From NCBI RefSeq assembly GCF_004010195.1, contig NC_057758.1, positions 1,734,490 through 1,798,489 of the forward strand: a stretch of DNA of 64,000 nucleotides. Reading direction: 5' to 3'. Position numbers and translations under genes: made by a program. The notes under the pieces are model-generated. The model did not search any database. It saw only the letters and a list, made by a program, of their open reading frames with translations, and was not told the DNA's origin. Every line of letters starts with the position of its first letter. Position 1 is the first letter of the stretch. Shown piece after piece: positions 26,480-39,699 of the stretch. Origin of the DNA: Chiloscyllium plagiosum (taxonomy: Eukaryota).

Positions 26480-27710
26480 CAGATCTCTTGATCCTCAAGT
26501 GCAGTTTCCTGATGTTTCCCAATAACATGATTCCCCTTGCTGATTAAAACTCAGTTTGTCTCAGATTTGATCTTACTGACAGAGCGAGCCTCCATCGCCC
26601 TCTGTAGTAAATAATTCTACAGGTTCGCTACCCTATCAGAGAAATAATATCTTCCTTATTTCTGCCTTAAATCGGCGATCCCTTTTGATGTCCCCGCTAT
26701 CCAGATCTCGCACAATGTGAAGCAACCTCTCCACATTCACACTGTGAAATCCGTTAATAATATCATATATTTGCATAAACGTGTCTCTCATTCTTCTACA
26801 ACCCAACGAATAAGTCCAAAATATTTGTCGTCTCCTCGTAAGGTAGTCTTTCCTGTGATCAGCAAAGTGAAATTTCTCTGGACTGTCTCAAAGGCAGGAT
26901 CTCTTTCCTTACAAATGGGGCCAAAGCTGTTCACAGTATTCCAGCTGCAGTCTCATTCGTACGTCGTATTGATTTACAATGTCCTCCCTACTTTTGAACT
27001 CTATTCCCTTTGAAATAAAGGCCAACACAACATTTGCCTTCCCTATTCTCTTCTGAATCTTGGACACTGACTTTGGTTTTGCAATTCATGCACGAGTATT
27101 CGCATATCTTCCTGAGTATTCTTTAGCTTCCTGAAGTATTTCTTATTCTAAATAATATGCATCTCCTCAATTCATCCTGCTAACGTACTTGAGCTCGCAT
27201 TGCCCCCTGTTCGATTTCATATAACAATGCTTCTTCTTCTCAATGAATTTCTCTAATCGCTCTGCAGACAATTTCTGTCATCCTCAATACGTGCCTTTCT
27301 ACCTAATTGTACATAATCTACCTTACATATGATATACATCACAAATAATTGTTCATCCAGAACTGATCCCTGTGAACCCTTCATTGTTTACAGGCTTTAA
27401 TCCTGAAATTACACTCCTCCGTCACAACTCTGTCTTTTGTTAGATTATCACTCGTACGTAAAGAAAAAAAGTGGACGCAGCAGTTTAGCAATTTGTTCTC
27501 TCATGATCATGCTGATGGTCTTCTATATGTCCTGTTCCCAATATCTCCCCTCAACTTTGCTGAGTTTAACTCTAAGTCTTATAAACAACTCCTTCTTGAA
27601 AATATTCAATGCCTTGACCTCGACTGCCTTGTATGGCAGAGAATTCCACATGTTCACCCGTCTCGATGAAGAAATCTTTCCTCATTACAGTCTAAGCGTC
27701 CTACCTCGTA
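26480..27710 (-). mobile_element. Old CR1 fragments
   Basis: Reverse-strand CR1 RT and 3' motifs (actgatccctgtg, aataaaggccaaca, ggcagagaattccac). Confidence 0.65.
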
Positions 27711-28149
27711 TCCCTCCACGGGTACCATTAGTTTCCTATCTAAACTCTGAGTGCAAAATTCATACTGACCCAACAAGTGTTCTGTGCTCGTACATACCAT
27801 TTTTCAAAAACACCGTGGGACATTTGGGATCCACCAGATCTCCGGCATGATTCCCCAGTGGGTAGGTAAAATGACAGATGATAACAATTTACTATCATTT
27901 TCTCGACATCAGTGGCCCGTAATCTGTCACGAACGGGTAAATTTTCATTTCTATGGTATAAGTGACGCTGGAGCGAAAGGGGTTAAGCAAAACTGTAATT
28001 TTCCAATTATCAACAGTCTCTGCAGCACGGAACGGTGTCTCTGGAGACGTCCCATCTTATGTTTAAGAAACCATCATTTTCACTGGGTTGTTCCATAGTG
28101 GATGCAGGAGCATCACTTCTGTTGTTCGAGGCATCAGTGATTCTGGAGC

Positions 28150-28213
28150 GAGAGAGAGAGAGAGAGAGAGACAGAGACGGAGACAGAGACAGAGACAGAG
28201 AAACAGAGAGAGA
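28150..28213. repeat. (GA)n/(GAGACA)n microsatellite just upstream of the GPCR start
   Basis: gagagagagag... followed by gacaga units, seen directly. Confidence 0.95.
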
Positions 28214-28312
28214 CGTCGGTTGAGACAGAAAGAGACTGAAATCAGATTTTAGAGGAAGAAACTGCAACTTCACAATAGGTGATCATAACCTAAGGAAATC
28301 AATTGGAATGTT

Positions 28313-28541
28313 ATGGCAATGAATCAGAATCTGAGTCCAAAGGATTGGAATGTACCCAAAATGGGTCAGAATCTGGAAGCAATGCACTGGAGTGTGCCAA
28401 TGCATTTCAGGAGTCTATCTTGGTATCTTTTCGTACTGTCCACATATTATGATCGTCTCTCATTACGATCCCGAATACAATATGTACTTTACATCATTGA
28501 AGTTTATTACTATCCGATCATTGGTTTTGTTGGAATTTTGG
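28313..28541 (+). CDS. GPR139/GPR142-like class A GPCR, exon 1 (N-terminus and first part of TM1)
   Basis: ATG at 28313. The ORF reads ...IEVYYYPIIGFVGIL, then G|GTAAGT donor at 28542 after 76 codons plus 1 nt (phase 1), which matches the acceptor at 36335. The start could instead be the ATG at 28319 or 28361. Confidence 0.85.
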
Positions 28542-30599
28542 GTAAGTCTTTCTATCCAACCATTGACTCGTAAAGAAAATTACGTTTGGATTCATGAGCT
28601 AAATTGTTCTCGGTTGCCAATTGCTCTCTCTCCAATTTCCTAAAGATCTGCCCCCTTTCCCCTACACCAGGAAATTGGAACCCTTTTGTCGAAGTGCACG
28701 AGGAAATTGTTGAATTCGGTTGTGCCAATGCCATGTATCAATGCCTGTTCATCAATCTATGAAGCTTGATTTGTATTTGCCTTTACTAGTTAGGATTGGG
28801 AAGAGAAAAGCTGTTCGCTTCCGAGCAGGATGCAACATTTTTTGACTACCTGCAAACTGCACTCTATCTTAGCATGAGGTTGACACAACTCTACCACGTC
28901 TTGTTTTCTAAGTTAAATATCCAAACTGAGAAAATAGTAGAAAGAATAGGTCAAATGGCCATTGCAACCTGTTCCACCATTTTCTATTATCATAACGACC
29001 ACCTAACGCAGGTTCCCGTTTTTGTGTTCTCCCCATAATCTTTGATTCCTTCAGCCTAATAACCTAATCATACTGGTCCCCGAAACATTCAGAGCTTTTT
29101 TCTCAACCTCTTTCTGTGGCAGAGAATTCTGTAGGTTCATGACTGTCTTGGTGAATTTGTTCCTCCTCATCTTAGTTTGTGACAGGAACATGTTTCTTGT
29201 GTTGACCATGTCTAGGCCTGTTCGAATTATTTCTGAAGTTTCTATGAGATCTAAGTTTGTGCGAAGATTCTATGAGATCTTCCCCGACCCTTCCAACCCC
29301 CATATTATTCTTCCTAACTCCAGTGGAAACAGTCCTCCCCGAGGCAGTGTCTCTTCAAACATCAGTCCAGTGATCACAGCAATTATTGCAGTGCATTAAT
29401 CTCATAAATTACCCAAGGCTAAATTGTCACTTAGTTCAAAAACTCTATAAAACAACATCTGCGCAACTGTAAATTCAAACTCAAATCTTCACATTTTCAG
29501 CTGGTCAAATTCGAGTTATAAAGATGCACATGTAACAGATGCCACCTTGCACCTGCATTATGTTCAATCGTCGGCGTTCTTTCACAGGGTGACAGCACGT
29601 CAATGTTAACGTTCCCGTTGTCGCTCCTGCATCTTTTGTGAAGCTCAACTTCCACATCGGTTGCACAGTTACAACATTCGTGCGCTTTTTCTTAAAATCT
29701 CTATTCATACAGACTTAACTTTTACTTTTTGTTCTATTTAAAAGTATTCCCAGTTTGGTTATGCGCTGGTAAGATGTCAATGACACAATTGGTACAATCT
29801 AGAACCCAAACTTAAGATCAAGAAACAAGAACTCGAACGTCACAATGATATTTTGAAGATGGAACCGGACTGGGCCATTCAGCCCCTTGGGTCTGATCTG
29901 CCGTTTTGATGTGATCATTGCTGACCTCATCTTGGTCTCAATTCCACCTTCTTGACCGTCCCCTTTGATTAATTTTTCATTAAAGATATGTCAATATCCT
30001 CCCCAAATTTAGTCAGTACCCTGGTATCCACGACACTCTGGAGGACGGCTTTCCACAGATTCAAAAACCATTGTGAGAAGGAAGTCCTCCCATCGATCTT
30101 TAAAATCCGTTTCGTCTCATTCTCGATTATCCCAAAAGGGGAGACATCCTCTCCAAATCTACTTTGTCAATTTGCTTTACAACTTTCTAAACGTCAAATA
30201 GACGTCCTGTCATTCTTCTAAATGCCAGACAGTATGCACCTAATCCGCACAAAAACACGTCGGGAAGCAAGTCCCTCATTTCTGGAATTAATTGAGTGAA
30301 TCGCCTCTTACCTATAATCAAATCCCTGTGTAAGTAAATGGAGCAAAACTGGACTCAATACTCCAGATTAGGTTTCACTAATATTTCCAAAATGTAAAGC
30401 AAAATTTCGATACTTTTGTACTACATTTCTTCAGCAATAAATTCCAGAAACTCCATTCACCAATCTTATTACCTGCGGTCACTTCATAAAAGAGGTCGCC
30501 AATCCACGGTGTCATTGTGACATTTGAATTCGATAAAGAACTGGAAATAAAAGCTTGTCTCATGTTTCCTCTATAATTATTGTCAAGTATTTAAAAACA

Positions 30600-33500
30600 T
30601 ATTCTAGTCCATTTTGCAGTAGCAATGAGAGCGCTGAGAGCGAGGACGAGGGGGGCTGCCAGAAGGTAAGTTTTCTATTTAAATACTTAACTTGGTGAAT
30701 CAGCAACCACCATTTTGCAGCAGCAGCGGGAGCCGTGAGATCGAGGAGCTGAGTGAGAGCAGACGAATTGCTCTCTGGAAATGTGAGTGAACTGATATAT
30801 TTAGGGGCAGTGGACAATCTCGAGACCGTGCACATGCAGTGTTTCCCTACCACACTCCCCTTCGCTCCAAAACAAAAGTTGTCTTGGTAAGGTCAGATTT
30901 TTCTTTTTTTTATCGTGAGCTGATAAGAAACGTGACTTATTAAGATTATTTTACTTGCCTATTATTTGATATTATAGTTGGACTAAGTTAAAGTCAAGAA
31001 TAAAAAGGGCAGACGACCCAGATCGGTGTCATGCTCCATTTGCTGAATGTGAGAGCTCAGAGATCTGACTGATGCAGAAAGTGTGTCCAGCTGCAGCTGT
31101 GTTAACACCACATGAAGGTTCTGGAGCTGCGGATGGACTTATTTTGGAGTAACTGCAATGCCAAGGAGTTCGTAGATAACGCATTTAGCGAATTGGTCAT
31201 ACTGTCGATTAGGATTGCTGAGAAAGAAAGGGAATGGATGACAAAAAGGTAGAACAAAGAGCAGGAAGTCAGTGCAGGTGTTCCCTACGGTGATCTCCCA
31301 CTAAAACAGGTTGGAGGAAGTGGCTCACTGGATTAAGGTGGCTGTTAACAGGTTCATTCCAATGTGGCTGGCTCTACTGTACAGAAGGACGGGATAAAAG
31401 TGTGCAAGGGCAATAGTAGTCGAGGGGCTCATTTATAATGGGAGTAAATAGGTGGTGCTGTGGCCGAAAACAATACTTCCGAATGATATTTTAGCTTCCA
31501 AGTGCCCGGTTCAGGGATATCTCAGATTGGCTGCCAGGAGGGGAAGAACCAGCTATTGTGGTGCACATATGAACCAATGATTTAGGTTATAAACGAGATG
31601 AGGTCCTATAAGCAAAATGCAGGGAGTTAGGCGCCAAATTAAAAAAAAGGAGGACCCTAGAGGTGGTAATCTCAGGATTGCTGCCAGTAATCACGTGCTC
31701 ATCAATATTGAAATGAAACAAGAGGCAGGATGAATGCGTGTCTTTAGAGTTGGTGCAGGAAGGACTTGTTAGGATTTTTGGGATGTTGACCGGTTCTGGG
31801 AGAGATCGAACTATCACCATAGGAATGGTCTACACCTGGTCAAGATCGGAACCAAAGTCCTAGAGGGTGCTTTTGCTGATATTGCTGGTCAGGATTTAAA
31901 CCAATGTGGCAGGGGGATGAGAAGCAAATGAGGAGGTGAGTGTCAGTAAGGAGCTAATAAATAAACCCTGTCAGGAACTAAATTATAAAGGCAGCTTGAC
32001 TAAAGGGAAGAGTGAGATAGAGGGACAAACATTCAGAAAGATTATGGAAAGATGTAGGAGCAACAGGATGGCGGCGATTGGAGATGTAAATTTTCCTTAA
32101 TGATTGGGATTCATTGTAGTTAGGGATTTAGAAGAAGCAGAATGTGTAAGGATCACCCAGGAGGGTTTTATAGAGCAGTATGCAAACAATCCAACTCGCG
32201 AAGGGACCATACTGGACCTGGCGTTGGGAATGGGCCCGGGCCAGTGCTTGAATTATTGGCACGGGATTAATTTAGAAACAGTGGTCACAATTCTATAAGT
32301 TTTAGAAGACGCATAAACAAACATGAAAATAATCCAATAGGAAGAGTGCTAAATTGGGCAAGGGCAACTATAGCAAAATTTAGCAAAAGCTGAGGAATGT
32401 CGATTGGGATCAGCTGTTGGAGGGTAAATCCACATTTGATCTGTTGGAGGCTTTCAAAGAGAGCTTGATGACAGTGCAGGACAGACATGTTCCTGTGAAT
32501 ATGAGGGATAGAAATGGCTATGGTTCCTTAAATCGATTCGGGAACCATAGATGACAGGTGACATTGTGAGACTAGCTATGAAAAAAAGGGGTCATACATA
32601 AGATCTCGACGAAATTTAGGGAGATATATCGGGAATGTAGGCCAAATCTGGTACGAGAAATGAAGAGGGCTAAAAGGAGTCATGAAATATCTTTAGCACA
32701 CAGAGTTGAGGAAAATCCGAAAGCCTTTCACGCGTACATAGTGAGCAAGACAGTAACTGGAGAAAAAACAAAGGAAGAAAGTTATGCGTGAAATCAGAGA
32801 AAATGGGTGATATTCTCAATGAGTACTGCGTGTCAACATTAACAAGGGGTGGGACGTGACGGATGCTGAGTCAAGTGATTGATGTTTGATTACTTTACGT
32901 GAAGTCGCCATAATGGGGGAATTGTGTTGGATGTTCTGAAGGCATTAAGGTGGGCAAGTCCTCAGATCTGGATGAAATCTATCCCATGTTAACGAGGGAA
33001 ACGAGAGAAGCCTTAACATCTATCTTTGCCGCGTTATTGATTACTGGTGAGATGCTGGGTGTTTACAGAATTTCTAATTGGTTAAAAATTGTTTAACCAC
33101 TTGTTTAAAATGTTTAGCAAAGATAATCCCAGTAATTATAGACTGGTTGATATCAGTGGTTGCGAAGCTGTTGGAGAAGGTACTGGAGATGATGCTGAGG
33201 GATAGGATCCATTAATATTTTGAAGAAAAGTGACATTTCAATGATAGTCAGCATAGTTTTGTGCAGGAAAGGTTCTGTCTTACCAGCGTAGTAGAATCTT
33301 TTCCTGATGTGACGAATTTGATTGATGAGGGATGGGCAGTAGTTATCATACACTTGGTATACAGTAAAGCATTTGAAAAGTTTCCATATTACAAGCTAAT
33401 GTAGACAGTGAAGTCACATGGGATCCAATGTGTACTAGCTAGATGGATAGAGAACTCACTGAGCTGTAGGAGGCAGATTGTAGTAATGGAATGGAATTTC

Positions 33501-34520
33501 TCAAAATGGAGAACTGTTAACGGTGGGGTTCCACAGGGATGCATGCTTGTCCCACTGATGTATGTGATATCCATAAACGGTCTTGAAGAATGTGCAATTA
33601 GCAACTTTACAAATAAGACCAAGATTGATGGAGTGGCAGATAGTTAAGGGGATAGTCAGAGAATGCAGAATAATATAGATAATTTGGAGGGCTCGGTGGA
33701 AAAGTAGCAGATGGAGCTCGATCCGGGAAATGCGAGGTGATGCATTTTGCAATGTCCAAATGTAGAGTAAAATATACGCTAAATGTAAATTCTATCCGAG
33801 AAATTAATGTCCAGAAAGATGAAGGTGTTTCGGATTTCTGTACACTGGAGGTGTACAGCGCAGTTCCACAGAGTGGTGAAGAAGGCATATGGCATGCTTT
33901 TCTTTAGTTGCCAGGGTACTGTGTACAAGAGTGGGAAGGTCATGTTACGGTTGCATAGCACTGTGGCTTAGCTACATTTGGAATATTGTATACATTTCTG
34001 GTCGCCACATCGCCAGAAGGGCTTGGGTGCTTTGGAAAGTGTGCAGATGATGTTCACGAGGATGTTTAATATGAAGGTCGTTAGCAATGACGAGAGGTTG
34101 AGTAGATTTGAATCAATTTCATTAAAAAGACGGAGGTTGAGGGGGATCTGTTTGAGGTGTGCAAAATCATGAGAGGTGTAGACATGATGGAGAGTAAAAA
34201 GCTTTCGACCAGAATGGGGAACTCAATTAACACTGGTCACGAGTTCACGGTGAGATGGAAAAAGTTTAAGGGAAATATGCATGAAAAGTTCTTTACGCAG
34301 ATGGTGGTGTGTACAAAAATGCGTTGCCAGCAGAGATGGTAAAGACGGACCCGATAGCATCATGTAAGATTCATCTAAACAGACACGTGCATGAACAGGG
34401 AGCAGAGTGGGACAGATACTTGGCAAATAGCTAACTGGTTTAGACAGAGGATCTGGATCGGTGCAGGCTTGGAGGACCGAAGACCCGTGCTACAATTTTC
34501 TTTGATGTTCTTTTTTTGTA
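30600..34520 (+). mobile_element. Near full-length decayed CR1 LINE inside the GPCR intron (sense orientation)
   Basis: GC-richer 5' region, ORF1 esterase remnants (VVHI*TND about 31560, GLHL about 31830), partial endonuclease (ILDLALG), RT (GGVPQG about 33520, KCEVMHF) and 3' UTR. Confidence 0.9.
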
Positions 34521-34869
34521 ATGCCATTTATATGTTTGAAGGAAAGAATTGCCATGCTATTAGACAAACTTAGTTATCAGGGAAGAGATGTAAGGGGTAG
34601 TACAGATTGCTAATTTCCCACAGTACGTACACCAGATCATTACATGCCAATCTTTTTAAATGTCTTTCTTTCCTTTAATTCACACATGGTGCATGGTCGT
34701 CGCTGGCCAGACCAACATTTATGTAGGTAATGGCCTACATTTTTGATTCGCTGCAGTCCACGACCTCAGTGAGAGAATTCCAGGATATGGCCGGAATGGC
34801 TGCGAAGGAATGGCGCTATATTTCCAAGTCTGTCTGGTCGAGGTTTAGAGAGAAAATTGAAAAAAAAAA

Positions 34870-35225
34870 AGATTTACACGGAATCCCATCAGTGTGGAAA
34901 CAAATTCATTTGGCCGAAATGTCCGCACTGACCTTCAGAAGAGTATCCCAAACATACTCATTCCACTACTGTTACTCCACATGTACCATGTCCAATGCAC
35001 CTAACACACACATCCTTGAACACTATGGTAATATAGCACGGCGAATTCACCTAACATGCACTTCTTTGGACTTTAGGAGGTAACTGGAGGACACAAAGGA
35101 ACCACACGCAGACACAGGGAGAATGTGCAAACTCCACACGGCAGTCACCTGAGACAGGAGTAGACACAGGTACTTGGCACTGCGAGGTACCTGGCGCAGT
35201 GCTTACCATTGAGCTGTCGTGCGGC
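34870..35225 (-). mobile_element. Diverged HE1-like V-SINE in the GPCR intron
   Basis: ccacacgcagacacagggagaatgtgcaaactccacac is the reverse complement of the V-domain. Confidence 0.85.
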
Positions 35226-36335
35226 ACTGTTGCGTACAGATGCTTCTGCTGACCTTGTCCATCCTGACGGTAGTGGTCGTGGGGTTTTGTTGGTTTTATA
35301 GTATAGACAGGACTCACTGATGCTAATCTGCCTGTGTTTTGAATGAGAATGTGTTGGCGGATGTTGTGCATATTCAAGGGAATGGCATTATTTTCGAATT
35401 GGTGCATGGCTTCTTCCGTTTTGTTGGAGATGCGCACTTTCAGGCAAGTGGTGAGTATTCAATCGTACTCCCGACTTGAAGCTTGTAGATAGTGAACAGA
35501 CTTTGGTATGGTATCAGGCAGGAAAGTATTCTCTGCATGATTTCTTGACCAAAACCTAATGCTGCTATTCTTCAGGACAAAGGACTGTTGAGGCAGTATA
35601 GTTGAGGGTATTCAAGGCTGATATGCTGGAATCAAGGGTTAAAGGGAGAATGCAGGAAAGTGGCGTTGTGAATGATCAGATCTGCCACGGCCTTATTAAC
35701 AGAAAAGCAGACAAGAAAGCAAATAGCGAGGATGACATAAAAATTGAATCACAGACTCAGTGAAATTGAAGCTGACAAGGTTTGATGTGGGGAAATATGA
35801 AGTTCTGCAATTTTGGAACATAGAGCAGAGGAACTTTATACTATTTAAATGTAGAATCAGGTGGCTGAATGCTTCTATATGAAAGCCACTTTATTGCAAC
35901 CTTCACATTCCGCTCATCCAATAATCTCCAGTCGTCGCATTCAATTCATTTGGTCCTATGCCCATTATATCCTCACCTTAATCAGGCTTCACTATGTTGT
36001 TTATATCATTTTCTACATCATGAATTAAACCATTTAAGACAATTACCTTCTTCTAATGCAATTGGCATGAATAAACATGTTGTTACTGTGTCATCACAAA
36101 GCACAATTCAACCAGGAAAAAGACAAAGAATTGCGGATGCATTAGATCAGAAACACAAGCAGAAGTTGCTGGGAAAGCTCAGCAGGTTCTGCAGCACGTG
36201 TGCAGAGAAATCAATTTTGACAGTTCGGGTCTGGTGACCGGATCTAAGAGCAAGATTCAATAAATCCTCATTTGAACTGAGGTTACATCCTCCAGCCAGA
36301 TGCACTCTCACCATGTTTATTTCCCTTCCTTACAG

Positions 36336-37234
36336 TGAACCTACTCACAATTAGGGTCCTGAGTCGCAGAGGGTGCGGTCTCTCTAATTGCATTACAAGT
36401 TACCTGATCGCCATGGCAACTTCAGATCTACTGGTGATTATTCTCGACCTCATTTTGAGACACTTGCCAACATTTTATCCCAGAACTTTCTCTTCTTTGT
36501 TGGAATTGCCCATTTGTAACATCCATGCTGTCCTGCTTTATGCAGCTACTGACTGTTCTGTCTGGTTCACGGTCGCATTTACCTTTGATCGATTTGTGGC
36601 CATTTGTTGCCAGAAACTGAAAACAAAATATTGCAGTGAGAAAACGGCGACTGTGGTCCTGGGAACAATGACGACGGTGAGCATCTTAAAAAACATTTTC
36701 TGGTACTTTGGCTTAACGAGTCAGTATCAGGGTATGAATTTCCCTTGGTTTTGTGCTGTAATGGACAATGTTCAGTCCTCTCTTTTCTGGGTAACAGTTG
36801 ATTTCATTCACAATATTCTAACCCCATGTCTTCCATTTCTGCTCATTTTACTGCTCAACATTTTCACAGTCAGGCACATTTTAGTGAATAGCAAATCACG
36901 CAGGCGACTCCGGTCTTCCAACAGTAAGGAAAATCACAAAGACACAGAGATGGAGAGTCGATGGAAATCCATCGTTTTGCTCCTGGCTATTTCAGCTAAC
37001 TTTATACTGTTATGGTCAACTTTAATGATTTATTCTGTTTGGATGCGGATGTATAATTTAGGTTTCCGATCTGTGCGGATAGATAGTTATGTGCAGGAAT
37101 TGGGTTTCATGCTGCAGCTCCTGAGTTGCTGTACTAACACTTGTGTCTACGTCGTGACTCAGAGTAAGTTCAGAGAGGAGCTGAAGAACATGTTGAAATA
37201 TCGCTTCAACATCATTCTTCAATGTTTTCAGTGA
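36336..37234 (+). CDS. GPR139/GPR142-like class A GPCR, exon 2 (rest of TM1 to TM7 and helix 8)
   Basis: Pyrimidine tract ttcccttccttacAG ends at 36335; G+TG gives Val. The uninterrupted ORF has NLLTIRVL (TM1), LIAMATSDLL (TM2), ICNIH and TFDRFVAIC (TM3), WFC (ECL2), LTPCLPFLLILLLN (TM5), ANFILLW (TM6) and CTNTCVY..QSKFREEL (TM7/H8). Family recognised from motifs; orthology not established. Confidence 0.92.
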
Positions 37235-37241
37235 GGACAAG

Positions 37242-37247
37242 AATAAA
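37242..37247 (+). promoter_or_regulatory. Candidate polyadenylation signal of the GPCR
   Basis: AATAAA begins 8 nt after the TGA, followed by GT-rich sequence (cagtgtttagcaatgtgttttg). Confidence 0.4.
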
Positions 37248-37379
37248 TGGAGAGTGGTTCCAGTGTTTAGCAATGTGTTTTGATATCTCGTTATTTACCC
37301 AAAAGTCTTTAACATCGTTTATGTTTTAAGGGCATTTTCTGACTTTTGAACTATTACAAGCCTTATGTGCCATTTAAAA

Positions 37380-38050
37380 CATAAGAGCATAAGACATGGA
37401 AACTGGTAAAACCATTCAGGCCCGAGAAACTGGTCCACGATTTAATATGATCAAGGCTAATGTCATTGAGGCGACAACTCCACTTCTTTAGCCCGCTTTC
37501 TTCAACTGCTGAATCCACTGCTGACGAAAAAATCAGTAACTTCAATTCACCTCATTTCCCCATCACTTCACCACATTCAAACACAGTGAAGTTCACAGAT
37601 TATTAATGCTTTAAGACAAAAATAATTCCGCTTCATCTCGTGTAAATTTCTTGTAATTATGTCAAACTATCTCTAACTCTGGATTGTTCCCCTTACAAAA
37701 CAAACACCTCTGCATCGCCTTTGTAAATTTTCTTAGCACATGGTCTTGTCCCTTGGAATCCTCTGATTCTTCTAATCTCTAGAGATCGTTCAGGTCTAAA
37801 CTGCTCAATATTTATTCAAAAGCCAAGAACGTTACATCTGGATTTGATTTGGTGAATAACTCTTAACTTCCGCCAATGCAGTAAAATCTTGCTCAGGTAA
37901 AAGGATCAAAACTCTATGCTGTACTGAAAACGTGATATCATCAATAACTTACGCAGGTTAGGTAACACTTCCCTGTTTTCATGGTACAGTCCTTGAACAG
38001 TAAATGTTAACAATTCTTATTACCTGCTTTTCCTGCCTCCATGTAGTCTC
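37380..38050 (-). mobile_element. Old CR1 3' fragment
   Basis: cataagagcataagacat tail and reverse-strand CR1 3' motifs. Confidence 0.6.
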
Positions 38051-38439
38051 ATGGCTTTTTGCAATCAACGAATTCACGAAAGGGATGTAGGACGCGTCAT
38101 TTCAAGAAGAGATAAACGCTTCTCTAAAAACGAGACATGAAGCTTCCACATTTACAAAGCTGATGTATGCTGGCTATCTCTACTAATGCTTGACGAAAGA
38201 CAGAAGTGGGGAATTTCCTACCTTTTGTGCATCACACTTCATTTTAGAGTGAATCTAATGTCACTCTCTCTCAAACTAGAAGGTATTTAGTGATCTATAT
38301 CCTCGTCATTGATTGATAAGGAGACGATGGTTGGAGAACGTTGGGTGGAGAGAAGATATCAAAACAGTCCCGCCCTCCACAAGGAGAGATATCGCCTCAT
38401 TATCGTCCCAAATGCTAAAATGACTCCAAAAAACATTTT

Positions 38440-39100
38440 AGTCTCTCTAATGTCTTAGCACCCAGATCTCATCTAGGATCCTTCCACATCCAACGTCAGC
38501 TTACATGGACTCCACTAATGCCGTCTACAGTAAACATTGCAGTCGATGTGGTCTCCTCTACATCCGGGAGACAGAACGCCAAATTGTAGTTGGTTTCAGA
38601 AAACATCTCTGGAACACCACAACAACCAACCCCACCACAACGTGGATGAACACCAAATCTCCTTTCCACTTCATGAATGACGTCTAAGTCCTGGGTCTCA
38701 TCCATCGCCAACACTAAACAGCCGACGCCTGGAGGAAGAACGCCTCACCTCCCGATTTGGGACCCTGAAAACACATGGGATTAATGTGGATTCCACTGGT
38801 TTCCTCATTTCCTCTGCGTCCACAGATTTCCAGTCCGAAGCCTCCAACTAGGCACTGTCCTCTCGATCTGTCCATCATCTTACTCATCGAACTGCTCCGC
38901 ACTCCTCTCTAAACTATCACTTTCTCCCCACATTCATTTACCTGTTCCATTCTCAGTTACTTTCACCCCAACCCCAACCACTTCCCATTTATCTCTCTCC
39001 ATCCCACCCCTCACCCAGGCGCACACTTTAAAGGGCTTATGCTCGAGACATCGATTCTCCTGCTTCTTGGATGCTGCCTGACCAGCTGTGGTGTTCCAGA
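38440..39100 (+). mobile_element. Penelope-like element (GIY-YIG endonuclease and pseudo-LTR remnant)
   Basis: NAVYSKHCSRCGLLYIRETERQI..FRKHL (VY..C..C...YIGET pattern), then a pyrimidine-rich 3' region and aagggcttatgctcgagacatcgattctcctgc terminal repeat. Confidence 0.85.
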
Positions 39101-39699
39101 TTTCATGTGTTACTCAGTCAGAGCATGACTGAATCTCATGAACTCCACTGAGTATAGATCCAAATGTACCAGCATTTGCGTATCAGGCAACCCCTTCTCA
39201 TCTGCAATTAAAAACTGTGCATTTTCCATCTGAAGTGGTCTCACTCAAATCTGTACATCGCCCTCTCGATAGAATTGTGAAAATTTCAAAATATATATGC
39301 CCTGTCTCGGAAGAAGCACCGACATTGCGTTCCTTTTTTGAATTGCTTCTGCTCCTTTTGATATTTGCGAACTTAGAGCACAACGAAGCACTTTTAGAAT
39401 CTGATGGCAATTCAATCTCGGGACTCGTGCTCGTGGTAATAGTGCTACCATTGTACTACAATAACAACCTAGTGATTGAGGAAGTGTGAGAACTCAGTAG
39501 TAGAGTGCTGAAGTTGTAAGGATTTTCAATCAAACTCTTCATGCGGGTTGTGAGATATTTCCAGCACATGCAAAATTTTTGCCTAGGTCTTCAGATCTGG
39601 GATAGGCTAGCTACTACTCTGCCACCAGCTCCCGACTTTGGCAACCGTATGCTGACATTTGGTCATTTATTGCTAAGGACTCTTTTGAACATGTGTACT

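Noticed and set aside
27950..27970. TATAAG plus TGACG as the GPCR core promoter
   Set aside because: Short motifs are expected by chance, and there is no transcript evidence for the start site.
29505..29708. Minus ORF with GATTGTLTLTCCHP resembling an Ig B strand
   Set aside because: No Trp strand or proper spacing to a second Cys; too short to distinguish from chance.
39198..39451. ORFs with a KFSQFYRE segment suggestive of a host protein
   Set aside because: The nucleotide sequence is a degenerate reverse CR1 RT fragment next to SINE-like remnants.
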